A stretch of DNA of 64,000 nucleotides from Candidatus Limnocylindrales bacterium (GCA_036278755.1 DASUKL010000066.1:625-64624), one strand, 5' to 3'; counted from the stretch's first letter, positions 40,343 to 50,824 are shown. Notes: generated by a model not told the origin, from the sequence alone. Program-made: numbers and translations.

Positions 40343-41449
40343 TCAGGCCTGGGCGGGGTGGTCGGCTTCGGCGCCCGGCGGCGGGCCGGCCGTCTCGGGT
40401 CCCGGGACGCGCTCGGTGCGGGCGGCGCGGAGGACGACGTCGGTGAAGGGGATGCGCAGATCGCGGAAGATCTCGATCGAGACGAGGAAGCCGGCGAAGA
40501 TGAAGACGGCCCCGATGAGCAGGCCCAGCGAGAAGAAGTCGATGACCCCGAACCGATTGAGGCTGTCGGTGAAGGTCGGCACGAAGCCGCCGATGGCGAT
40601 GAGGATGGTGGCCGGCACCCGGCTGTGGATGCGGCCGCTGAGGAGGGCCCGGATGGCGCCCGGCAGGGAGGCCAGGAAGTTGACCGTGATGGCTACCGGC
40701 GAGATGAGCAGGTTGAAGAGGAACTGCTCGCCCGGCTGGGTGGGGTCGAGGGAGTAGGCCAGGACCCGCCGCTTGGGCATGAAGACATAGGCCGAGAAGA
40801 GGGCGCCCAGGATGAGGGCGAAGCCGCCGGTCACGTTCATGAACGGCGTGAGCAGGCGCAGCACCGGCGGGAAGAGGTCGCTGACTGGGGCGCCGGTGGT
40901 GGGATCGACCTTCCAGCCTGGGGCCGGCAGGCTGGCCGTGACCATGAGGATGAAGCTGAGGATGGTGGCCCCCACCACGGCCACGCCGGCCAGTACCGGC
41001 CAGCGCTCGTTCTGAAAGTAGGTCTCCACGGCCACCGCGACGGCCAGCACGCCGGCCACGATGAAGTAGAGGATGGCCTGGCTGGCGACCTCGCCGTAGA
41101 TGGCCGGGAACTTGGCGAAGGTGGCGATGGTCAGCAGCCCGGCCAGGAAGAGGCACAGGGCGAAGGCGTAGCCGAAGCGGGTCCGACCCAGAAGGAAGGC
41201 ACTGCCCAGGCCCAGCCAGGCGGCCGTCCACATGGCCCCCGTCAGGTACCAGGTCCGGTACAGCGGATCGTTCCAGCCGGCCAGGGCGGCGAGCGCCTCG
41301 GCCCCCGCGCCGAGGGCGTAGAAGAGCATGCCCAGGGCCCAGATGGCCTGGAAGGCATGGCGGCGGCGCGACCACTGGTCGACGAGAGCCAGGAACATGA
41401 CCAGCGAGACGAGGGCCGTGATCGTGGAGACGACGAAGGTGAAGGTCAT
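40343..41449 (-). CDS. polytopic integral membrane protein (about 10 TM helices), function unknown
   Basis: Hydrophobic periodicity; ATG overlaps the upstream MerR-like stop (ATGA). Confidence 0.6.
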   Translation of the reverse strand: MTFTFVVSTITALVSLVMFLALVDQWSRRRHAFQAIWALGMLFYALGAGAEALAALAGWNDPLYRTWYLTGAMWTAAWLGLGSAFLLGRTRFGYAFALCLFLAGLLTIATFAKFPAIYGEVASQAILYFIVAGVLAVAVAVETYFQNERWPVLAGVAVVGATILSFILMVTASLPAPGWKVDPTTGAPVSDLFPPVLRLLTPFMNVTGGFALILGALFSAYVFMPKRRVLAYSLDPTQPGEQFLFNLLISPVAITVNFLASLPGAIRALLSGRIHSRVPATILIAIGGFVPTFTDSLNRFGVIDFFSLGLLIGAVFIFAGFLVSIEIFRDLRIPFTDVVLRAARTERVPGPETAGPPPGAEADHPAQA

Positions 41450-42201
41450 GGCTGTGGTTCCTCGTGCTCCTCCTGCTGGTAGCCGTCGAGGAAGGCCAGC
41501 AGGAGGCCGTCCAGGAGGGCCGACGCTTCGTCGTAGAGATGGCTCAGCTGGCTGGGATCGAGGTGGCGGCGCCGGCCGATGGCCCCGATCTCGGCCAGGA
41601 AGGGGCGGCGGGCGGCCACGAAGAGGGCCACGGCCCCGCGCAGGCTGGCGCCCGTGGCGCGCATCCGGCGGCCCATCTCGGTGGCTAATCCGGCCGACAC
41701 CAGGCGAGCCTCGGCCCGGGCCCTGGGGGCGGCCGGATCGAGCTGCCCGAGGAGGGCCTCGACGAGGCGGCGGCCCTCGTCCCGGAAGGCCGCCTCGTCG
41801 CCGGGCCCGATGGCCGGCGCCGTAGCCGTCGCGGTGGTCAAGGCCCCCGCGGCCACGGCGCCCGAGGCGGCCGGTCGGCGACGCTGCACGCTGTACCCCC
41901 GCCGGTAGGCCGCGGCGAACCGTTCGGTCGTGCCGCCCAGGCGAGACAGGGAGAGCGGATCGCGGCGCTGCACGGCGATGAGTTGCTCGAGCGAGCGACG
42001 GTTGAAGCGCCGGTGCCCGCCGGGCGTGGCGAAGGCCTCGACCTGCCCCGCATCGGCCCAGCGGCGGAGGGTGTCCGGGTCCACCCCCAGGAGCCGGCTG
42101 GCCGGACCCAGGGACAGCCACTCGTCCACGCCGCTGCTCGACACGGCCACCGGCGTCACGTCAGGCATGGACGGCCCACTCCTTGTCACGATCCTGGGCA
42201 A
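41446..42201 (-). CDS. MerR/excisionase-family HTH protein with a C-terminal extension
   Basis: WLSLGPASRLLGVDPDTLRRWADAGQVEAFATPGGHRRF HTH; precise start uncertain. Confidence 0.55.
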   Translation of the reverse strand: MPRIVTRSGPSMPDVTPVAVSSSGVDEWLSLGPASRLLGVDPDTLRRWADAGQVEAFATPGGHRRFNRRSLEQLIAVQRRDPLSLSRLGGTTERFAAAYRRGYSVQRRRPAASGAVAAGALTTATATAPAIGPGDEAAFRDEGRRLVEALLGQLDPAAPRARAEARLVSAGLATEMGRRMRATGASLRGAVALFVAARRPFLAEIGAIGRRRHLDPSQLSHLYDEASALLDGLLLAFLDGYQQEEHEEPQP

Positions 42202-42299
42202 ATCTACGTAAAGGGAGAGGTTACCGCCCGATGCTACGGCCCGGCCTCCGCGCCGTCAAGCCCGAGCCCGGCCTCCGCGCCGCCAAGGCCTCCGGGTGA

Positions 42300-42690
42300 T
42301 CAGGCCGGCACGAGCTCGTGAGGGCCACGGTGCTCGGCGTCGCACAGGCCCAGCCGCGGCTGCCCGCCCGCGGCGGCCGCCGGCACGACCACGGGCCGCA
42401 TCAGCTCGCGCACACCCGACAGGCGGCAGAGGAGGTAGCCTCGCTCGCGGGCCCAGGCCTGGAAGCAGGTCGGGTCGGTATGGAACTCGTGCGGGCCCGG
42501 GTTCAAGGGCGCCTGCTCGGACCAGTCCACGGCCGTCTCCGCCGCGGCCGCGTCCAGGAGCGAGACGCGGAAGGGGACCACGGTGATGGGCTGGCCGCAG
42601 CCGGCGCAGCGGATGGCATCGTTGTCGGCGAAGACGGTCGGCATGCGGATGCCGTAGATGCTCCCGCCGCGAAAGGTCCGGGGTTCCATG
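42300..42690 (-). CDS. hypothetical small protein with a CxxC motif
   Basis: MEPRTFRGGSIYGIRMPTVFADNDAIRCAGCGQPITVV... Confidence 0.45.
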
Positions 42691-42709
42691 TCGACTCGAT
42701 TGTAGTGTC

Positions 42710-43702
42710 TCAACCGCCGCTGGCCGTGGCCAGGGCGGCCTGCAGCTCGTCCGACCCGAAGGCGCCCTCGAACTTGGCCGCCAGCGTGCCGTCCTTGCCC
42801 ACGACGAAGACCCACGGCTCGCTGGGCAGGTGGAGGGGGGCCAGGGCCGGCTGGAGCTGGAAGTTACCGGTCGCGTCGAGGACCGGCTGGAGCCCGTTGC
42901 CGTCCCACTTCAGGACGTAGGGCTCGACGTGGATGAAGTCGACCGTGGCCTCGTACGGCGGGGCGACCTCCTTGACGTGGTCGAGGGTGGGGCCGCAGAC
43001 CTGGCTCTGGCAGAACTGGGGCGTGGCGATGACCAGGACGAAGGGGGTGTGGGAGGCCAGGGCCTGAGCCTCGGAGACCTTGTAGAAGTCGGGGTCGGGG
43101 TCGGGGTCCGTCGAGATCCGCTTGATCGCCTCGGCGCCCGTGGCGGTGGGCGTGTCGATGGAGGGGAAGGCCTCTCCCACGGCCGTTGTGGAGCTGTGGG
43201 CCGACACCTGGAACTGGAGCCGCACGCTCTTGCCTGTCCCGGCCTTGCCGCCCGACAGGTCGAACTGGACGCCCCAGTCGCCGGTGGCCGTGAAGTCGAC
43301 CGTGGCATGGTAGAGGCCCACCTTGTCAGGGATGGCCCAGACGAACGTTCCGCTGGCCGTGGCCAGGGACGTGGCCGGATCCTTGGCCAGGTCGTAGAAA
43401 GACAGTTGGGCGGCGATCGAGGGGTCGGCCACGGGCGCGCCGCTGGACGGGTCGAGGAGGGAGAAGAGGAAGCGGCTGGGCCCTACCGCCAGCTCGCCCG
43501 GCCCGTTGACGATGGTCGGCTCGTAGACCAGCCCCTCGACCGGCCCGATGGGCCATCCGGGGTACCGCCCCGAGGCCGCGTCGGCGCTGGACGTGGGGCT
43601 GCCGGCGGACCCGCTGCCACAGCTGGCCACCAGAAAGCACGCGGCCAGGACGGCCAGCAGTGACCGGCGGCCTGGCGCGCGGGAGGGTCGAAGGCGGGAC
43701 AT
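42710..43702 (-). CDS. lipoprotein with a Cys-pair (FCQSQVC) thioredoxin/SCO-like C-terminal region; possible cytochrome oxidase copper/redox accessory
   Basis: Lipobox LAACFLVASC; sits at the start of the cytochrome oxidase cluster. Confidence 0.45.
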   Translation of the reverse strand: MSRLRPSRAPGRRSLLAVLAACFLVASCGSGSAGSPTSSADAASGRYPGWPIGPVEGLVYEPTIVNGPGELAVGPSRFLFSLLDPSSGAPVADPSIAAQLSFYDLAKDPATSLATASGTFVWAIPDKVGLYHATVDFTATGDWGVQFDLSGGKAGTGKSVRLQFQVSAHSSTTAVGEAFPSIDTPTATGAEAIKRISTDPDPDPDFYKVSEAQALASHTPFVLVIATPQFCQSQVCGPTLDHVKEVAPPYEATVDFIHVEPYVLKWDGNGLQPVLDATGNFQLQPALAPLHLPSEPWVFVVGKDGTLAAKFEGAFGSDELQAALATASGG

Positions 43703-43818
43703 GGTCCCACCATAGCCCGTCCCTCCGGCGACCGCCGCTGGCGGGTCCGGGCCGCCCAGTCCGGCCATCGCCCGCGGCGCTGACGGGTCCGGGCCGATGC
43801 TACGATGGCCGGGCCCCG

Positions 43819-44817
43819 ATGACTCGCTTCCAGAAGCTCACGCTTGCCACGGCCCTGGTGACCTACCTCGTCGTGGTCATGGGGGCCATCACCCGCAGCA
43901 CCGGCTCCGGCATGGGTTGCGGCTATGAGTGGCCCCTCTGCCACGGCGTCCTGCCACCGATCGACGACGGGCAGGCCTGGATCGAGTGGTTCCACCGCCT
44001 CCTGGCGCTCATCATCGGCTTCCTCATCACCGCCGTCCTCGTCGTGGCCGTCCTCCGCCACCGCGATCGGCCGGTCGTCGTGGGCTCGGCCGTGATCGGC
44101 TTCCTGCTCGTCCTCATCCAGGCCCAGCTGGGCCAGATCACCGTCGTCACCGGCAACGCCAGCCAATGGGTGGTGGCCCACCTGGCCACGGCCATGCTGG
44201 TCCTGGCCGTCCTGACCTTCATCGCCATCCGGGTCCAGCACCCCGGCCGCTTCAGCGCGTCCGGCGTGAGCCAGCGCTTCACCCTACTCGCGGCCTTCGG
44301 CGCGCTGGCCGTCTACGTCCTCCTCCTGGTGGGCTCGCAGGTCACGGCCAGCGGCGCGGCCCTCGTCTATCCCGACTGGCCGCTCTTCGGTGGAGCGATC
44401 CTGCCCTCCTTGTCGCCCGACGCCTCGATCGCGGCGCTCCAGGCCACGCAGTTCATCCATCGGCTGCTGGCGGCCCTGGTCGGGCTGGTCGTGCTGGCCG
44501 TGGCCTGGGTGGCCTGGCGGCCCTACGCCGATGGGACCTGGGGAGCACCCGGCGCCCAGCCGGCCCTGGTCCGGCTGACGGGCCTGGCGGTCCTTCTCTA
44601 CGCCGTCCAGATCGTCGTCGGGGCGCTCCAGATCTGGACGCTCCTCAGCTCCTGGGCGGTGGCCCTCCACGTGGCCCTCGGGGCGGCCATCTGGGCCCTC
44701 CTCGTGGCGGCCGCGGCCCACGCTTACTGCGAGGCGCGCTCGGCCCAGGCGGTCGTCGCGCCGGGTTCGGCCGGGCCGGCGCCGGTCGGCGCATCGAAGG
44801 AGCTCGGCGAGATCTAG
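43819..44817 (+). CDS. ctaA: heme A synthase (COX15/CtaA)
   Basis: N-terminus MTRFQKLTLATALVTYLVVVMGAITRSTGSGMGCGYEWPLCHG with a conserved Cys pair and His-containing TM helices. Confidence 0.8.
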   Translation: MTRFQKLTLATALVTYLVVVMGAITRSTGSGMGCGYEWPLCHGVLPPIDDGQAWIEWFHRLLALIIGFLITAVLVVAVLRHRDRPVVVGSAVIGFLLVLIQAQLGQITVVTGNASQWVVAHLATAMLVLAVLTFIAIRVQHPGRFSASGVSQRFTLLAAFGALAVYVLLLVGSQVTASGAALVYPDWPLFGGAILPSLSPDASIAALQATQFIHRLLAALVGLVVLAVAWVAWRPYADGTWGAPGAQPALVRLTGLAVLLYAVQIVVGALQIWTLLSSWAVALHVALGAAIWALLVAAAAHAYCEARSAQAVVAPGSAGPAPVGASKELGEI

Positions 44818-44827
44818 GCCCCGCGGG

Positions 44828-45847
44828 TCAGGGCGTCCGGTCGGACCGCGCCCGCTCACGCTCGAGGATGGCATCGATGCGCAGCCCTTCGCGCTCCTCA
44901 TGGGCGATCCAAGCCGCCGCCACGGCCAGGATCACGACGAGGAAGAAGAGGTCCCCGCCCATCATCATGATCCCGCCGGCCAGGTGCTGATCGTCGATGG
45001 GCTGCAGCCAGCCCGGCACCTGGACCGCCGCGTAGTGAGGGTAGAGCACGTCCTGGGCCTGCCAGATGGCCAGGCTAAGGAACGAGCCCTGGGCCATCTG
45101 GAGGAAGAGGTAGCCGATCCGCACCGGGAACGAGAGGCGATGGTGGATCGGGTCGGCGGCCACGACCGGCAGCCAGAAGAGGTAGCCGCTGACGATATAG
45201 AGCAGGTGCTCGAGGATGTGGACGGCAGGGTCCTCGAGAGACAGCTCGTAGAGCGGGCTGAAGTGGCTGACCCAGAGGGCCGCCGTGAAGAGGCCCCAGG
45301 TCACCAGCGGGTGGGTCAGCAGACGGACCACGCGCGAATCGAGCAGGGGCAGGATCCGGCGCCGCCGGCGGGCGGCCGAGCTGACCCGCAGGAGCAGCGT
45401 GCCCGGCGCCCCGAGGGCCAGAAGGGGCGCCCCGACGAGCATCAGCAGCAGGTGCTGGACCATGTGGATGCTGAACAGCTCGGTGGCGTAGACATCCACG
45501 AACGAGGCCAGGGCGACGAAGGTGACCAGCACCCCAGCCACCCACGAGACGACACGCCACATCGGCACGGGCGTGGCCGGGTGGGCCTCATCGACCTTGA
45601 TCACGGCCGCCAGGTAGAGCGTCAGGCTGAGGACCGTGCCGCCCACGACGAAGGGCTGGAAGGTCCAGGTGCCCAAGGCGCTGGCCAGGTCGAGGCGGCC
45701 CACGCTGCTGGCGACCGCGGCCGCGACGACGGGCCGGACGGCGACCAGGCCGAGGATCAGGCCCCCGATCAGACCGACGATCCGGGCACCCAGACCCGGT
45801 CGGCGGACGGGGAGGCGAGGACGGATGGTCGGCGCGAGGTGGTGCAC
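44828..45847 (-). CDS. ctaG: cytochrome c oxidase assembly factor CtaG (Caa3_CtaG family)
   Basis: Polytopic membrane protein with HxxEH-like motifs; start uncertain (GTG 45847 or ATG 45943). Confidence 0.65.
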   Translation of the reverse strand: MHHLAPTIRPRLPVRRPGLGARIVGLIGGLILGLVAVRPVVAAAVASSVGRLDLASALGTWTFQPFVVGGTVLSLTLYLAAVIKVDEAHPATPVPMWRVVSWVAGVLVTFVALASFVDVYATELFSIHMVQHLLLMLVGAPLLALGAPGTLLLRVSSAARRRRRILPLLDSRVVRLLTHPLVTWGLFTAALWVSHFSPLYELSLEDPAVHILEHLLYIVSGYLFWLPVVAADPIHHRLSFPVRIGYLFLQMAQGSFLSLAIWQAQDVLYPHYAAVQVPGWLQPIDDQHLAGGIMMMGGDLFFLVVILAVAAAWIAHEEREGLRIDAILERERARSDRTP

Positions 45848-45996
45848 GGAGGCCTTGAAAATGTACGACGAGTGTCGTATAAAGGGGTCCAGACGGCCCG
45901 GCGGGACGGCGTTACGTCCCGCGGCTCGAACGTACGGGCGCATCGGGCCGTATGATAGGCGCCCCTGGTCCCACCGCTGGTAAGGAGCCTTTGCGC

Positions 45997-47088
45997 GTGT
46001 TCCGCGCCCTTCGATCCTTCGCCCGGTCGCCCCGGATCCGACTCGCCGCCCTCATCGGCTTCAGCCTGCTCGTGATCGCCGGTTGCGCTCAGGCCACCAA
46101 CGACAACCCCATCCCCGGGTTCTTCCCGCCCCCTGCGGCCACCGTGCAGGGTGAGGACACGAGCGGCCTGTACGACCTCGTCTTCTGGATCGTGGCCGTC
46201 ATCTTCGTCCTCGTCGAGGGCCTGATCATCTACTCCGTCTTCCGCTACCGCCGGAAGAAGGGGGACCAGGAGCTGCCCAAGCAGACCCACGGCTACTTCC
46301 CCCTCGAGGTCGCCTGGACGGTCATCCCCATCGTCCTCGTCCTCTTCGTCTGGGTCGTCGCCCTGCAGGTCCAGGACAAGGTCCTGGCTGAGTCCCCCGA
46401 CCCCGCCGTCACCGTGGACGTCACCGGCTTCCAATGGCAGTGGACCTTCGACTACAAGTCCCTTGGCCTGTCCTACACCGGGGCCGGCGCGGACGGACCC
46501 ACGATGGTCGTCCCGGTCGGCGAGCCGGTCCACATCAACGAGCACTCGAATGACGTCATCCACTCCTTCTACATCCGGGACTTCCTCTTCAAGCGGGACG
46601 TCGTCCCGGGTCGCGTGAACTCGTTCGAGTTCACGGTCAAGGAGCCGGGCACGTACAGCGGCCAGTGCGCCGAGTTCTGCGGCCTGGGCCACCACCAGAT
46701 GTTCTTCACCATCAAGGCCGTCTCACCGACCGACTACCAGGCCTGGGTGAAGTCGGAGCAGGCCAAGGCCCAGGCCACCCAGGCGCCGCCGCCCAGCGGG
46801 GCCACGGTGATCCAGCTCAGCGCCTCGAACACCACGGCCTTCGACGAGTCGACCCTCACCGCTCCGGCGAACAAGCCGTTCGTCATCGCCTTCACCAACA
46901 AGGAGGCCACGGGCGGCCCGCCCCACGACGTGGTGATCGTCGGCCCCGACAACAAGAGCATCACCGGGATGCCCCTGGCCCAGCCCGGCCAGACCGTCAA
47001 CTACTCGGAGCCGGCTCTGCCGGCCGGCACCTACAAGTTCTTCTGCATCGTCCATCCCAATATGACTGGCACGCTCACGGTCAAGTAG
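45997..47088 (+). CDS. ctaC: cytochrome c oxidase subunit II with an extra C-terminal cupredoxin (type-1 copper) domain
   Basis: CuA site HSFYIRDF...CAEFCGLGHHQM, followed by a second cupredoxin-like domain (HDVVIVGPD...YKFFCIVHPNMTGTL). GTG start 9 nt after AAGGAG. Confidence 0.8.
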   Translation: MFRALRSFARSPRIRLAALIGFSLLVIAGCAQATNDNPIPGFFPPPAATVQGEDTSGLYDLVFWIVAVIFVLVEGLIIYSVFRYRRKKGDQELPKQTHGYFPLEVAWTVIPIVLVLFVWVVALQVQDKVLAESPDPAVTVDVTGFQWQWTFDYKSLGLSYTGAGADGPTMVVPVGEPVHINEHSNDVIHSFYIRDFLFKRDVVPGRVNSFEFTVKEPGTYSGQCAEFCGLGHHQMFFTIKAVSPTDYQAWVKSEQAKAQATQAPPPSGATVIQLSASNTTAFDESTLTAPANKPFVIAFTNKEATGGPPHDVVIVGPDNKSITGMPLAQPGQTVNYSEPALPAGTYKFFCIVHPNMTGTLTVK

Positions 47089-47097
47089 GAGGTCCCG

Positions 47098-48756
47098 ATG
47101 GCGACGACCGCGCTTCCGCAGACCGGGACCTATTCACGGGCCTGGCTGTATGACTGGCTGACGACGACCGATCACAAGAAGATCGGCATCATGTACATCA
47201 CCAGCAGCTTCATCTTCTTCCTCGTGGGAGGCGTGCTGGCCCTCGGCATCCGGACCCAGTTGTGGGTGCCCCACAACACGTTCCTCGATCCGACCCTCTA
47301 CAACCAGGTCTTCACGATGCACGGCACGACGATGATCTTCTTCTTCGTCATGCCCATGCTGGCCGGCTTCGGCAACTACGCCATGCCGCTGATGATCGGC
47401 GCGGCCGACATGGCCTTCCCGCGCATCAACGCCCTGGCCTTCTGGATCATCCCCTTCAGCGGCATCCTGCTCTTCAGCGGCTTCCTGCTGGGTGGGGCGG
47501 CCAACGCCGGTTGGACCTCCTACGCGCCGCTCTCGGAGGCCAAATACTCCGGCGTGGGCCAGGACCTGTGGATCATGTCGATCCTGCTCAACGGGGTCAG
47601 CTCGATCCTGGGGGCCATCAACTTCCTGGTCACGATCTTCAAGCTCCGCGCGCCGGGCATGACCCTGCTGCGGATGCCGATCTTCGTGTGGACCGTCCTG
47701 GTCACGGCCGTGCTGCTGCTCTTCGCCGTGCCGGTCCTGGCCAGCGCCCTGGTCATGCTCTTCATCGACCGTAACTACGGCGGCTCGTTCTTCGACCCAG
47801 CCTCCGGCGGTGACGCCATCCTGTGGCAGAACGTGTTCTGGTTCTTCGGCCACCCCGAGGTCTACATCATGATCCTGCCCGCCTTCGGGATCATCTCCGA
47901 GACCACACCGGTGTTCAGCCACAAGCCGATCTTCGGCTACAAGGCCTTCGTCCTGGCCACCATCGCCATCGGCGTCATGAGCTTCGGCGTGTGGGCTCAC
48001 CACATGTTCGCCACCGGCGCGGTCTACCTGCCCTTCTTCTCCCTGACGACCTTCCTCATCGGCGTCCCGACCGGCGTGAAGATGTTCAACTGGACCTTCA
48101 CCATGGTCCGCGGCAAGATCCAGTTCACGACCGCGATGCTGTTCACCGTCGCCTTCCTGATGTCGTTCCTCATCGGCGGTCTCGACGGCGTCTTCGCCGC
48201 GGCCACGCCGGTCGACTTCGCCATCACCGATACCTACTTCATCGTCTCTCACATCCACTACGTGCTCTTCGGCGGATCGGCCACGGCCATCATGGCCGGC
48301 ATCTACTACTGGTTCCCCAAGATGTTCGGCCGCAAGCTCGACGAGCGGATCGGCAAGGTCCACTTCGTCCTGTGGTTCGTGGGCACCCAGATGACCTTCT
48401 TCTCGATGCACCTCCTGGGCCTGGCCGGCATGCCCCGCCGGATCGAGGACTACGCCCCCACGGCCTGGGAGCCGCTCAACCAGCTCGAGACCATCGGCGC
48501 CTTCGTCATCGCCCTCTCGATGGCCGTCTTCCTGTGGAACGTCTTCGTCTCGGCCCGCTCGGGTGAGATCGCCGAGGACGACCCCTGGGATGCCAACACC
48601 CTGGAGTGGGCCACGACCAGCCCACCCCCGCCGCACAACTTCGACTCGCTGCCGGAGATCCACTCCGAGCGCCCGCTGTTCGACCTCAAGCATGGCGGCG
48701 CCCACGGTGGGCCGCCGCTGCCGGCCCTGGCCGGTGATGGTGGAGGGGCCGCCTGA
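47098..48756 (+). CDS. ctaD: cytochrome c oxidase subunit I
   Basis: 552 aa with canonical heme-copper oxidase helices and His ligands. Confidence 0.9.
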   Translation: MATTALPQTGTYSRAWLYDWLTTTDHKKIGIMYITSSFIFFLVGGVLALGIRTQLWVPHNTFLDPTLYNQVFTMHGTTMIFFFVMPMLAGFGNYAMPLMIGAADMAFPRINALAFWIIPFSGILLFSGFLLGGAANAGWTSYAPLSEAKYSGVGQDLWIMSILLNGVSSILGAINFLVTIFKLRAPGMTLLRMPIFVWTVLVTAVLLLFAVPVLASALVMLFIDRNYGGSFFDPASGGDAILWQNVFWFFGHPEVYIMILPAFGIISETTPVFSHKPIFGYKAFVLATIAIGVMSFGVWAHHMFATGAVYLPFFSLTTFLIGVPTGVKMFNWTFTMVRGKIQFTTAMLFTVAFLMSFLIGGLDGVFAAATPVDFAITDTYFIVSHIHYVLFGGSATAIMAGIYYWFPKMFGRKLDERIGKVHFVLWFVGTQMTFFSMHLLGLAGMPRRIEDYAPTAWEPLNQLETIGAFVIALSMAVFLWNVFVSARSGEIAEDDPWDANTLEWATTSPPPPHNFDSLPEIHSERPLFDLKHGGAHGGPPLPALAGDGGGAA

Positions 48757-49388
48757 TGACCGCGCAGACCGAACATCTCGCCGCCGGCGGCCACGGCGCC
48801 CCGGCCCACGGCCCGCAGATCCACGGCCATGCGCAGGAGGGCACGAACACCGCCCTCATGGGCATGCTCCTGTTCATCGGCAGCGAGGTGATGTTCTTCT
48901 CGGGCCTCTTCGCCGCCTACTTCACCGTCAAGGGCATGAACGACGTCTGGCCCCCCCAGGGCTTCGCCGAGCACATCGAGCCGTTCCCTCTGCCGGCCAT
49001 CCTGACGGCGGTCCTGATCATCAGCTCCTTCACCATGCAGTGGGCCGTCTCGGCCATCCGCCGTGGCGACCGCCAGGGCATGGTCCGCGGCTTGTCCGTG
49101 ACGATGGTCCTCGGCATCCTCTTCCTGATCGGCCAGCTGTACGACTACTCGACCCTGGGCTTCGGCATCAACAGCGGCATCTACGGTTCGCTGTTCTTCA
49201 CCATGACCGGTTTTCACGGGGCCCACGTCTTCGGCGGGGTCCTGGGCATCTTCGTCGTCACCTCACGCGGCGCCAGCGGCCAGTTCTCGGCCAAGCACCA
49301 CGTCGCGGTCGAGGCGGTGAGCGCATACTGGCACTTCGTCGACATCGTTTGGATCGTGCTCTTCACGACCCTGTACTTCCTCCGCTAG
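48756..49388 (+). CDS. ctaE: cytochrome c oxidase subunit III
   Basis: 210 aa, COX3 family. Confidence 0.85.
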   Translation: MTAQTEHLAAGGHGAPAHGPQIHGHAQEGTNTALMGMLLFIGSEVMFFSGLFAAYFTVKGMNDVWPPQGFAEHIEPFPLPAILTAVLIISSFTMQWAVSAIRRGDRQGMVRGLSVTMVLGILFLIGQLYDYSTLGFGINSGIYGSLFFTMTGFHGAHVFGGVLGIFVVTSRGASGQFSAKHHVAVEAVSAYWHFVDIVWIVLFTTLYFLR

Positions 49389-49398
49389 GAGGCCGTCC

Positions 49399-49584
49399 AT
49401 GCAGAGCGGTCGCGCCGCCATCGTCATCTTCCTCGGCTTCGTCCTGACCGGGATCGTCTACTACCTGCTCAACAGCACGGTCAAGGCAGAGATCGACCCA
49501 GGCGGCGCCACGATGCTCATCTTCGCCGGGGTGGCCATGGGCTTCGGGTTCTTCGTGATGCTGCGCGGGTCGCGCGAGCTCTAG
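49399..49584 (+). CDS. small two-helix membrane protein resembling the N-terminal half of actinobacterial oxidase subunit IV (CtaF)
   Basis: 61 aa; AGGAGG RBS 6 nt upstream. Confidence 0.55.
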   Translation: MQSGRAAIVIFLGFVLTGIVYYLLNSTVKAEIDPGGATMLIFAGVAMGFGFFVMLRGSREL

Positions 49585-49602
49585 CCCGGCCAGCTCAGCG
49601 AG

Positions 49603-50775
49603 ATGCCCTGGGACACCCTCTGGAACGACGTCCTGGCCTGGCTGGGCCAGGTCATCACACCTGACTGGAACGATGTCATCGGCTGGCTGCCCAGCCTGAC
49701 GTTCATCCTCCTCGTCCTCTTCTTCCTCGACCTGGCCCATCGCTGGCGGGCCGAGCGATCGCGCAACGCCTCTCGCCTGCCAGCGCCCCGCAAGCCGGCC
49801 CCACCGGCGGGCGTCCACATCCCCGGCGGCTCGCTGTGGCCGTTCCTGTTGCCCATCGGGGCGGCCGTCCTGCTCTTCGGGCTGGTCGACCATCCGGCCC
49901 GCATCGGTACGCCGACCCTCGACGCCTCCGGCATCCCCACCCCGGCGGCCGCGGTGGACCTGGCCCACGTCTTCAACCTGCCGATCATGGGCCTGGGCAT
50001 CCTCATCGGGCTCATCGGCATCGTGGGCTGGTATCGTGACGCCGGTCACGAGTGGCATCACACCGACCACCCCCAGCTGGCTGTCGCTCCCGCCCTGCCG
50101 GCCCCCAGCGCGTCCGGACCGCCGCCCGGCGTCCATCTGCCGGGCCCCAGCCCCTGGCCGTTCTTCGTGCCCATCGCCATGGCGGTCATCCTCTTCGGGC
50201 TCATCTTCAGCCCGGCCCTCGTCGTGGGCGGCCTGCTCATGGGCGCCATCGCCGCCAGCGGCTGGTATCGCGATGCCAACCATGAGCTGCGCCAGATCCA
50301 GGCGGGCCAGCCCGCGGCCGAGCCCCGCACCCGCGACCCGCACCGCGCCTTCCCCACCGCCCTGGTGGGCGTCTATGCCGCCATCGGGGTCGTGGCCGTG
50401 GCCCTGACCTTCGCCCCCCAGACGATCGACTTCGTCAACGCCACGCCGGCGCCCAGCACCGCAGCCCCAGAGGCTAGCGGCGGGGCGGCCACGAGCGCGG
50501 TCAAGATCAGCGCCAAGGACCTCAGGTTCAGCCTCTCCACGATTACCGTGGCGGCCGATAAGCCCTTCACCATCACCTTCGACAACGAGGATTCGGTGCC
50601 CCACAACGTGGCCATCTTCGAGGGCCGCGACGCGACCGGCAAGAACGTCTTCCGGGGCACGATCGACGCTGGGCCCAAGACCCTGACCTACGACGTGCCT
50701 GCCCTGCCGGCCGGCACCTACTACTTCCATTGCGACGTCCATCCCACGATGAACGGGACGCTCATCTCGAAGTGA
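49603..50775 (+). CDS. membrane protein with two tandem CtaF-C-terminal-like modules fused to a C-terminal cupredoxin domain
   Basis: Repeated PPAGVHIPGGSLWPF...GWYRDAGHE and PPPGVHLPGPSPWPF...GWYRDANHE modules; C-terminus HNVAIF...YYFHCDVHPTMNGTL (type-1 copper ligand pattern H...C..H..M). Confidence 0.6.
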   Translation: MPWDTLWNDVLAWLGQVITPDWNDVIGWLPSLTFILLVLFFLDLAHRWRAERSRNASRLPAPRKPAPPAGVHIPGGSLWPFLLPIGAAVLLFGLVDHPARIGTPTLDASGIPTPAAAVDLAHVFNLPIMGLGILIGLIGIVGWYRDAGHEWHHTDHPQLAVAPALPAPSASGPPPGVHLPGPSPWPFFVPIAMAVILFGLIFSPALVVGGLLMGAIAASGWYRDANHELRQIQAGQPAAEPRTRDPHRAFPTALVGVYAAIGVVAVALTFAPQTIDFVNATPAPSTAAPEASGGAATSAVKISAKDLRFSLSTITVAADKPFTITFDNEDSVPHNVAIFEGRDATGKNVFRGTIDAGPKTLTYDVPALPAGTYYFHCDVHPTMNGTLISK

Positions 50776-50824
50776 GGCGACGACGCCCACCGTCCTGAGA
50801 TCGCACCGGCTCCTGGGGGCCGGG

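Noticed and set aside
42710-43702. Calling the lipoprotein a bona fide SCO1/SenC copper chaperone
   Set aside because: The Cys spacing is CxxxxC rather than the SCO CxxxC, and the HxxxH-type downstream ligand was not evident, so it is left as a generic thioredoxin/SCO-like candidate.
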